Part shown: positions 53,895 to 64,000 of the stretch, piece by piece
Numbering within the stretch: position 1 is the stretch's first letter
Layout of the letters: the number at the start of each line of letters is the position of its first letter
Assembly (NCBI GenBank): GCA_951406725.2
Contig: OX597829.1
Location: 6,014,001-6,078,000 of the forward strand
Length of the DNA: 64,000 bases
From: Octopus vulgaris
Taxonomy: Eukaryota
Direction of reading: 5' to 3'
Program-made: the position numbers and the translations under genes
The notes under the pieces: generated by a model
What the model was told of the DNA's origin: nothing
Database searches by the model: none
What the model saw: only the letters and a program-made list of their open reading frames with translations

Positions 53895-54507
53895 ACACAC
53901 GCTGACCTACGTTGGACTCCTTATTCGCATAAACACCGAACCTGGAGCTTAACTATGGCCTATCCATAGCACTTACTGAGCATTACCTGACACATTTGGG
54001 TCTTACTGACACTATTACCTTTCATAACCCATATATGTATGTATTTCATCACATATATTCGTAAAATATTCCGTTTGTACCGAATGCGTTTTGTTAGCTT
54101 ATATCAGCCCTGGTTAAGCAGACTTATGATTGAAGATCTTATAATTGAATATAAGTAATGTGTTATATCACGGGAAATCTTCTCAATTCTAGTGATATAT
54201 TTTGTCTAACTTTCCTTTATATCTTTTATTCGTCAAATAATATTTCATTCCGTTACTAGATATTTTAAGAGCAGAATTACAGGAGTGCAACCCACTGACT
54301 TGTTATGCAACCTCATAACAAATACGTTCCAGATGGTGCAAATTACGATAAAATCGGAATTGGCTTCGAAAAACCTTTTTCGAACGTGGTAAAGAGAGAG
54401 TTCGTATAACTGATACGCCTTGATTTTTGTTTCCTCATAACTTTCAGAAAAATGGATATTTTTTAAATGAAATCTTCAGCGAATACCTTTCAGATTATGT
54501 AGATTAA

Positions 54508-54769
54508 GATCATCGTTTCCAGCTGGCTTTAGACACACTTTCTGTGCCCTTATGGTATTTGCAAAGGGAGGTCATCCCTCTCTCGTGAACCTAAGTGACA
54601 CGCACAGACTGCAGTTTCTAGGTATTTGCCTGTCTTCGGCGTACGGGAGTCACCGGTTTACGATGAAAGGGAGACCTGTTTGCAAATACTTATTGTTTTT
54701 CTAGTAACTTCCGTCACTGATTTCGAAGGGCACAGAAAGTGTGTCTAAAGCCAGCTGGAGACTATGATC
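54508..54769. mobile_element. MITE-like element with ~44-bp TIRs
   Basis: GATCATCGTTTCCAGCTGGCTTTAGACACACTTTCTGTGCCCTT and its near-perfect reverse complement; no clear TSD. Confidence 0.75.
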
Positions 54770-55379
54770 TCTTGGGGCTAAAAGCTACAGTAACACCCAC
54801 CCTTAGTGGTTAGCCATATTGAGATGGCTAGTATACTTTACGTTGTCGAGCAGTTACTGTTTACATCTCGTTTAGAGATTTATTTTTGCTATAAATTATT
54901 AAATATGTCGAAATTCACCTAAAATATAATTAAAATACTATGATAACATTGCGTTGCAAAACACAACACTTAGAGCGGCCATTATTTTCGAAACAACGGA
55001 ATATGTTGAAGTGATTGTGTAGAAAGCATAGTATGTAATTTATTTTATACTTTTAAGGCTTCATTGAGTGGAATATGTTCTGGCTTGTCTATATTATACT
55101 GGGAGTAGAATATATATAGTGTAAATTATTCTATATGTTTGGGAGTTATTAAGTGTAGAATATGTACCATATTTGTCCTGTCATAACATTAAGGGATAGC
55201 TGTGAAGAATATGTGTTGCGTAATCTGTGCTGTGTAAAGTTATGTTATAGTATTGAAGGGAAGATGTGGATGATTGAGTAGTTATTTCGGAAATTGTATT
55301 ATGATATTAGGAGTTTAATATGTGGAGTATTTGGAGATGAGTATGTGTCGAGTAAAGGATTTGCTGAAATGGAAGTTCT

Positions 55380-55965
55380 TTTTGTTCCTTTTGAAAATGT
55401 GAGCTAGTTTGAATTTGGATAAGTTTGTGAAACTTGGTATGGTATGTATGGTTTCTTTATATGTTTTGTTACATTCAGTGCCCTAATTATTGTTGTTACC
55501 ATTTCTATGCTCAACCAGCTTACATCACGATTATTTTTATTTCGAGATGAATGTTCTTTCAAAGATTTTCAGCTTCGTTCCAGGTGATGCTTTCGTTAGA
55601 AGGGATCGAGATATCTATCAGAGTATACACGGTTTCCTTTTGACTTTGATTATGATATCTGGTGACCGATTCCTTTTGATCTTCTTGTCAAACTCGAAAG
55701 ACATGTCATAGAGTATCGTAGACGTGTCATTGTCACATACCGGATTTGCTGCGTGCTTAAAGTATTTACTTTTTTGTTTTGATGTGACAGTTTTGCATAT
55801 TGCCCAATAGATATCCACCTACCTTGTCATGTTTGTAGATATATTCTCTCTTTGAAGAAACTAGGCAGCTGGAATTGTGGTGGTCGATTGCTTCTTTGTC
55901 TTGATTACATATTCTATATTTGATGGCATTCTGTTTTATAATCTGGTAGGGTATTGGTGTTATGC
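55380..55965 (-). mobile_element. Old R4/Dong-like LINE endonuclease fragment (may extend to ~57200)
   Basis: RICNQDKEAIDH..SSC, EYIYKHDKVG, TILYD...RSPDIII...CILIDISIP. Confidence 0.7.
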
Positions 55966-58646
55966 TTTCATAGTTCGATCTCTTAAATTCGACACCCTAT
56001 TTATGGTTCGGTAACTTTCGGATCGTTTTGAATCTTTTTGTTTTAGAAGCAAAAATCTAGTTTGGAACTCTTACTAGATTTACTTTTCCTATTTTCAGTT
56101 ATCTTATAGCTTTGATAATATATGTGAAAAAGGATTGTGCTTACGTAGGGTCTTCCGCTAAGGATCAGTTACTGTTTACACCGGTATTTTCTGTGGTCAG
56201 ACAATGGCCAGGTCCCAAAGTTACCCGTTTTAACAAGTCCTAACTTGTTTTAAAATAGAATATCATAAAATACTAAAGTTGGGAAGTTCTTTCTCGACTC
56301 ATTCTATCGTATTATTTTAAGATTCTGTTGTTTTTTTTAATTCTGCAGCATTACTATGTAAACCATTTCACTACGCTGTTCCTGTATAGAGCTAACAAAT
56401 CATTAAAAATCCATACCCTGAAAGATCGTAGCTTGTACAACAAAAAAATGAAACCTCTTTTCTCCATAATTGCTACCATTAGCGAACATATTGTCCGCCA
56501 TCTTTCGTCTTTTCCTGATGTTTCTTAAACCCTTTGAGATTTTACTTTACTATTTTTACTGGATATTTATCCATGTGTCAGTATATTTTCTAGTGATAGG
56601 TTGTCAGGATATCTAGTTACACCAATCTACTTAATTTGCCACCCTTGTTAGTAGTTTACAGAAGAATTTCATGGCTCAGTCTCGGCAACAATTTACTTTC
56701 TAGTACAGTTCAGTGTATAGAAAAGAAATTCTCTTTATTTAGGTTGTATTGTTATATATTAGTCAGACTGCCTTTTACAGAACTATTGAAATTACTTCTT
56801 CATCTCTCGGGATAAAAATGTTACTTCGTACCTGCATTAGCTTTAGAATTTGGTGATCGAAATGCTGTGAATAATTTTCTGGTGTTTCAGCGCCGGCTCC
56901 CAAACCCCATAAATTCTAGTTATTCGCAAATTTCAAATTGGTTATTAATTTTACGTTGAATAATGGTCTAAATATACGGTTGTATATTTATTCTTAACTC
57001 TTTTTACTTTTCTTCATTTTAAAATATTTTCGTGGAAGTGTCGTTGCCTCTATCTTATTCTAGTCTATATAGCTTTAATTAATTTAACTCTTCACATATT
57101 CAATCCTATAAGAATTTTAATATCACTTTTGAGTTCATGCACTGCCCCAACTAGACATTCGGCTGGGCATTGACCTTGTAAGTCGTTTTAACTGTAACAT
57201 ATAACACATGGCACTATGCATCAGGATCCCATCTGGGTACACGATGTTTCTGATCAACTTCGTGAGCACGATCTACATGTAGCAGGCCACAAAAGAAACA
57301 ACAAACAACCTGTCCATGTTCATTGCGAACATAGTGTATCTTTTATTCATTAGTATTCAACCATCATCTTACGGGGTGAATAGTAGCCTTAATTGCTTTC
57401 TTATTTCGCCCCCCAATCTTAATACGTGGATACTTGCATAAGACCTGTCACTGGCGAAAGAACATACATCTTGCAAGATATACCTCACAGTCCTACCCGA
57501 ATTCTATTTCCAGGTCATATTGAATTATTAATCCAAGTTGCCAACTGATTCAATGTTATATAACTTAGACAGACCTGTTTAGTTAAATGGCTGGCAGGCG
57601 TAAAATGTGACATGCCAGATAAAGCTGATTCAGTATCACAATATTTTGCAGTGGTTGCGAATCGTTTCGCAAAAGGATTTCCTGATTTGTGATACTCCTT
57701 CGCTAAGTGATTTAGTATATCTTCCGTAGATATTGTCAATAAACTGTCTCTACTTTATTGGCTTGATTTTCATATTTCACCGTTAACGGAACTATCGCTA
57801 TATATGGCCAAACGTTCATGTCAGTACTGATATTTCCTGTTGCCCACATTTGGCGCATGCACTGGAACGTATACTCTGCTCTGCCATTTCTACTGTTTAC
57901 ATAAACCGCGCATTCTTTCATCTCTAATAATACACTTAGGTAGGCGCAATTGTCCGTAGCTTTCACAATCTGCTAATCAATGAATATTTAAACAAGACTG
58001 ACAGATAAAGAAGGATATCATAAAATACCCCGGTCCATGAACTGTGAGTGCACAGAGATTCGTTGGCTGGAGAAAGCTTGCTGCTTTACACTTCTTGCAA
58101 GGTAGGAGCAGCTATATGTGAGTTTATCTGATACCTAATTACTATATCCTATAAATAGCTATATGCTACTATCGAGACCATGGACAGAAAATGACTATTC
58201 TGATTCCGATGATCTAACAAGTCTAAAATCCTTTCAGACCTATTCTAATTTTTTCCAACTTAAATAATAAAACCATGTTGTGTAACTGTATTATTTTTCT
58301 CACGTTAAAAATGAAGTTGCGTATTAGTTAAAAAATTATTCATCTAAATAACATTAACTTACAAATAAATTAAGTAGTCAAGATTATAACTGCATTCATT
58401 GCTTTAGAATTTAAACAGACTATTTAAGCTGTGTCTCAATTTCTATACACTATAACTTATCTATAGCATTCCAATGCCTCTACGGACATATGAGATTCTT
58501 TTCTCCGATAAGTATCAAAACCTAGCGAGATAGAACCTAACTGTTTCCCCTACAAAAAGAGGAATAATTGGTGGTTAAAAGTATTCTGCTTATTTTTCAC
58601 ATTATACAGATAAACTGTGTATTGTAGTATTGTATAGTGTGTGTGC

Positions 58647-58684
<38 letters not shown>

Positions 58685-58729
58685 TAGAAAAAAATCACCT
58701 TTTATTAATTCATATATATATATATATGT

Positions 58730-59048
58730 GAGGCTCGTGGCTTAGTGGTTAGGGTATTCGGCTCATGATCGTAAGGTTGTGAGTTCGATTCCCGGCGACG
58801 CGTTGTGTCCTTGAGCAAGACACTTTATTTCACGTTGCTCCAGTCCACTCAGCTGGCAAAAATGAGTTGTACTTGTATTTCAAAGGGTCAGCCTTGTCAC
58901 TCTCTGTGTCACGCTGATTATCCCCGAGAACTACGTTAAGGGTACACGTGTCTGTGGAATGCTCAGCCATTTGCACATTAATTTCACGAGCAAGCTGTTC
59001 CGTTGATCGTATCAGCTGGGACCCTCGTCGTCGTAACCGGCGGAGTCT
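58730..59048 (+). mobile_element. tRNA-derived SINE family C, full length
   Basis: A box TGGCTTAGTGG, B box GAGTTCGATTCC, central TGTGTCCTTGAGCAAGACACTT segment. Confidence 0.85.
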
Positions 59049-59049
59049 T

Positions 59050-59088
<39 letters not shown>

Positions 59089-59141
59089 CTGTATATATGT
59101 ATATATATGTATATATATATATACATACATACTTATACACT

Positions 59142-59191
<50 letters not shown>

Positions 59192-59192
<1 letters not shown>

Positions 59193-61082
59193 GGTGACCC
59201 CACACAACGAAAGACTCTTTGCCCTCAAACACGCCCTAGACCTTCCACCCAACCCCCACCCTGACACGTCCACACTTTTTCTGGCCTTCATTCTCGGGAG
59301 TTGCTATGGGAACGAGAATGGGCCCAAACTATGCGAACCTGTTCGCTGGCTACGTTGAATCCCAAATATTTCCCAGATTCGCACCCCCGAATTATACAAC
59401 CAGACACCTTCCACTCTTTTGTCCAATCCTTCCATCCTGTACTCGAATTCTCCTTCACTATTTCCAGCACTTCTGCCGCCTTTCTCGACATTTCGGTCAA
59501 CATACACAACTCCGCTCTCACTACCTCCAACCACAAACATACAGACTCACACAAGTACCTTAAATTCTCCTCCTCCCACCATACCCACACCAAGCTCTCA
59601 ATCCCCTACTCCTAATTCTTCCGTCTGCGCAGGCCCTGCAGTGAAAACCATGACTTTGAGACTCAGTCTGAACTCATGGCTCGCCACTTCATCCTTCGAG
59701 GATATCCCCTCACGCTATTCACATAGACCTTGCCAGAGCACGTTCCTTGGACCGTGCCTCTACTCTATCTCCTCGCACCCGCCCCACCGTTACCTGTCTC
59801 CCGTTTCCCTCACCTACCACCCCATCCACGCTGCCCCTCCAATTCACCATTCTCTGAGCCTTCCGGCGACTCCAGTCCAACCCTTCCACTTCGCACATCT
59901 TCCTCAACTTACCCCATCAATCCTTCAAACGATCCCACAACCTATGTTATCTCCTGGTCCACTGTTTCTTCTCTAACCCAACCTCCCAGCCTGGCTCGTT
60001 CTTCCGCTCCCGCTTACGCTGTCGCGCTTACCCTTACCTCTGCAACACCATCAATTTCACAGGCACCCATCATCATCTCTACGATATCCTTTACCTGCAC
60101 TTCTAGCAACGTCATTTACTGCATTTTCTGCCCTTCACTGTACGTTGGTCAAACAGGGTGCTGCTTGGCTGACCGGTTTGCGGAGCACCTCCAAGACATT
60201 AGATTCGACAATGACACCCCGCGCTCGTGCCATTTCCGCTCTACCGGTCATTCATAACATCACCTGTCTGTATTCGGGTTGTCTATGCACAGGGGCCATC
60301 CAGACTCCTGCCTTCGCCGTGAACAGGATTTAATCTTCTCTCTTCGCTCCTTTGTTCCACATAGGCTCAACTCCTCTCCCTCCTTCATCTTACTCTCCTC
60401 CTTTCTTCTCTTGCCCTGACACTTACTTCACTCCTATCCACCTTCTTCCTTCATTGATACCCCCTACATCCACAGCGCACCCCACACATCCCACTCCCAC
60501 ATCTTAATCCTACATCCACACCTCAAGATCCCCCACATCCAACACATCTTCACCCCAAGCCCACATCCCGCCTTCACATTCCCACATCCCCACATCGCCA
60601 CACCACCACCACACCACCATACCACCACACCATATTACACCACCCCACATTACTCAGCACACACACTAGTACTGACTACTTCCCCACACCATCATCCACA
60701 CGCACACACATTACAGACTCACACACGCACACACTCACATCCACACGTCAAAGTCACTAGCCCCTATCTACACGCACACACCCCCTCACATACACACATG
60801 CACGCGCACCCTCGTTTTGGGATCACAAGTACTTTATTATCTCCCCTTTTCCTAGCTCTCCTGTTCAACTAACTTTTTCCAACTAGTCGCCATGCTTGAT
60901 CGCTAAATCCACAAGTTCTTCGTTATTCTCACTCTGTTTATTTCCTTTTATTCCTTTCTGTTGAAGAGCACAAGCTCGAAACGTTTAAGACTTTCTCACT
61001 TTCTCAAGCGTTAAACTAATACACCTGCTTCTCGTTCATATACCTGTCTTCGTCCTTTGTTTTTCTGTAAATTTCAATTGTA
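59192..61082 (+). mobile_element. Penelope-like retroelement (same family as 17452), decayed
   Basis: AMGTRMGPNYANLFAGYVE, FLDISV, CTSSNVIYCIFCPSLYVGQTGCCLADRFAEH (GIY-YIG); pLTR with hammerhead-like motif at 60954-60989; follows (TA)n. Confidence 0.92.
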
Positions 61083-61092
61083 CACATATATA

Positions 61093-62352
61093 CACAGACA
61101 CGACAGAAGTAAGTCGATACCCTTATAATGGTTAAAATTAATTTTAATCTGAAATTTTGCATTCAAATTATTTATTAATTATTATACCGTGAATATCTAA
61201 TATTTACTAGATATAGCTCCAAAGGCTTCAATGTAAGGATCCTATTAGGCATGCTACTGATCAGATGACGAATATTCTCTCGAGGAATTTCTTGCAAAGT
61301 TTCATGCAGGAATCTCAAATGTTCTAACTTTGAGGATCTTTACTTGCTTTTTTTTACGAAGTATCCTGTCCATTGTACCTCAGAGGTGTTTAATAGCGTT
61401 CGTATATAGTACTCAATTATATGTGTTTTGGTGAAATGTCTTACAACTGTAATATTTTCAGAGGTGTTTAATAGCGTTCATATATAGTACTCAATTATAT
61501 GTGTTTTGGTGAAATGTCTTACAACTGTAATATTTTCAATTAAAATTTCAATTCTCTTCCAGCCAATCTTGGGTCTTTTCAGTCATGTGACAAGGAGCCT
61601 TCTTTAATTATTTCACCATTGCAGAAGATTGGAAGGAGTCTTTTCTTTAATATAGAAACCTATTTATCTTAGTTTATGTTTCTATCACATTCCACCAGCA
61701 CTAGCTCTGACTGACTATTGCGCCAAATTGCCGTCCAGACAATCACAGAATAGCTGCAGTGTTCCATTATTGGCTGCAATGTTTTCACATCAAATTCTTG
61801 ATCCCAGAGTCTTCAGACTCACACTTCTACATCTGTCCGGAAATACAGCAAATCTGAACAGTGTCCCAAAATGCTTGTGGTTTCTCACTGGCCCAATCTT
61901 TTCTCCGCTTGATATTGGCTGGTCGAAGATGTTGCTTCCTTCTTGCAGCACCGCTACAGTGACTAAGTTTTTGGAGATACCTGACAGCTGTTCTAGGACC
62001 GACATCACATTGTTCGGCTATGTCATAGGCCTTGTAATGAGGATTATCCTCCACCCATCTCTTAACAAAGTGATGAGTCCTGTCAGAAGGCCCTGGACAA
62101 CCTGGGCAGGATGAAGTGAACACCTCCTCTTTGGTGAATTGCACCATCACTCTATTAACTGTAGAAGGCGGGATCTATTAACTGTAGAAATTCAGACTGT
62201 TCCAAGGTTCCTCTTGTAAGTGGCATCATTAAACAGTCATATATAGAAACTGAAAAATAAAAATATCAATTAATAAAAAATGTAAACTTTTTCAAGTTAA
62301 ACATTAAACAATGTTTTATGAAGTATCTATTTACTTCTGTCATGTCTCTGTG
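61093..62352 (-). mobile_element. Tc1-like DNA transposon relic
   Basis: TA-flanked TIRs CACAG..ACAYGACAGAAGTAA..GATAC; HTH region TAVRYLQKL..ARRKQHLRPANIKRRKDWA, APCH; internal 78-bp tandem duplication at 61381-61536. Confidence 0.85.
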
Positions 62353-62384
62353 TATATATACACATGTATATACATACATACAAA

Positions 62385-63000
62385 TTGTAATAAATAAAAT
62401 ATATGCACACATACATATATGTACGTACCTACATCTACATGTATATATACATGCATATATAAATATATATACGTGAGTACGGGACACCACAATTAGACGT
62501 AGAACTAAACGAAAAACGAAAACGAAAAAGTAAAAACAAGCAGGGAACGGACCATTTTTTAAACAACGAAAAAACAGGGTACAAGACAAACTACACAGGA
62601 AAAATCTCCTTCATCAGCTGTCCCTAGTTCAACTCCAGCGTGTTTCGAAGGTAGGACAGGACACGTCTCGTTGAACAAGTCCTTCCTGCGAAGGAATTAA
62701 ATAAAAATCCTTCGCAGAGGGGCAAAAACAAGGAAAAAAAATTTTTGACAAAAGCAGGACGACGTAAAAACAATACAATTAAAACAAATACAAAATAAAA
62801 ATACAATTACAAAAAAATACAGTACAAGAAGGAATAAAAAACAGGACAAGAAAAAAGCAATAAGGGTCTATAGGCCTACACGAGGGAAAATTTTCACGAG
62901 CGTAGAAGAAACATGTTTACTTGAAGCAGGCCGCCAACGAAAGGAAGTTTATCGACCCGGGAGTGAGAGAGATGAGGAGGAGTGAGAGAGAGAGAGAGAG
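62385..63000 (-). mobile_element. Second copy of the non-coding element carrying the permuted hammerhead
   Basis: Reverse complement homologous to 32060-32727. Confidence 0.8.
62606..62679 (-). ncRNA. Permuted hammerhead candidate, copy D
   Basis: CTTGTTCAAC-gaga-CGTGT-C-CTGTCCT-a-CCTTC-GAA-ACACG-ctgga-GTTGAACTAG-GGACAG-CTGATGA-A-GGAG. Confidence 0.7.
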
Positions 63001-63178
63001 GGGAAGGAAGTCAAAGAGGGTGAAAGAAAGAGAAAAGAAAGAGTAATAGAGTATCGCGTCATAATTATACATACATACATACATAATATATACCTAATAA
63101 ATACACATATATATATATATATATATATATATCTATATATATCTATCTATCTATATACATATACATACGTGTATATAC

Positions 63179-63240
<62 letters not shown>

Positions 63241-63672
63241 GCATATATATATACATGTGTATATATGGAGAGATATAATTATTTATGGGAAACGTTTTGA
63301 ATATTTTTTTGAATAAAATGCCTATTTCATTATGCCGGCCACCATCTAATGATGTGACTAATGAGCCAGTTTTTCGAGGTTTCAATAAATTGTACCAAGA
63401 GCAAGGTTGACGTTCATACTGATAAAATGGGATAAGCATCCCTCTGTTGCACATCAACTATACTATATCACCTGAAGAAATGAATCAATGATCGTAATCA
63501 ACCGGATACCCACGGATAATATGGACTACACTGTATTCATCACAGGAATACGGATTATGAGCTTAAGAGTCATGTGATTTGAAGAAACGCGCTTATCGAT
63601 GCAGTAAATGTTTATAAATTCTATCCAAGGATTATTGTTATTATTACCATACATACATACATACATACATAC

Positions 63673-64000
63673 ATGATGGCTGTCCCCTCGTTATCGAGTA
63701 TGGCCATTGCACGAAGCTTAACTGTGACTGGTGCTGTGATCGAATGTGGCTTTTATTTGCTTTTTAAGGCTACAGCCAGCCATTCAGTTAAGACTCACAG
63801 CACCATCAACAATCATGAGCAATGTTGTTATCGTGCAATGCCTGTGCAAGAAGAGTTTATTTAAAGTGAGGAAAGGCTGTGCACTGAGTCAATCCCACTC
63901 ACTAAGCAACAGCAGCCATAATCTGAAAAGAAGAACAAGTCAACATCATCGGTAACCACTGAGCCGCAATTTTATGTCGGAGTTATCCCAGTTACCTGAG
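63673..64000 (-). mobile_element. Possible RTE-like LINE 3' end (runs off the window)
   Basis: KSHIRSQH finger-like end and a 3' UTR resembling that at 35823; microsatellite tail. Confidence 0.4.

Noticed and set aside
58730-58802. Possible tRNA gene (CAT in an anticodon-like loop)
   Set aside because: Poor acceptor and anticodon stems, and it continues into a SINE body; it is a SINE head.

Overview
This is an AT-rich, microsatellite-saturated eukaryotic window with no intact protein-coding gene. The SINE and LINE content suggests a coleoid cephalopod, probably Octopus; this is inferred from recognising repeats, not from a search. Almost every ORF in the track is either a microsatellite read-through or a transposon fragment. 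Transposon content: three tRNA-derived SINE families; LINE relics (RTE, CR1, Tx1/L1, R4/Dong); two long Penelope-like elements (RT + GIY-YIG) plus fragments; a TIR-bounded Chapaev3-type element; two Tc1/mariner relics; and a MITE-like foldback. The main result is a set of about 15 hammerhead-ribozyme (HHR)-like motifs from several apparently unrelated Penelope-type terminal-repeat families, mostly lying near (TA)n tracts. One family (31233, 32399, 62606) has all hammerhead core nucleotides and all three stems, with compensatory base changes between copies. Its three strands are ordered C-B-A, which is not a circular permutation of the known type I/II/III layouts. It is a candidate pseudoknotted or 'scrambled' hammerhead. 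All structures were paired by eye and activity is untested.
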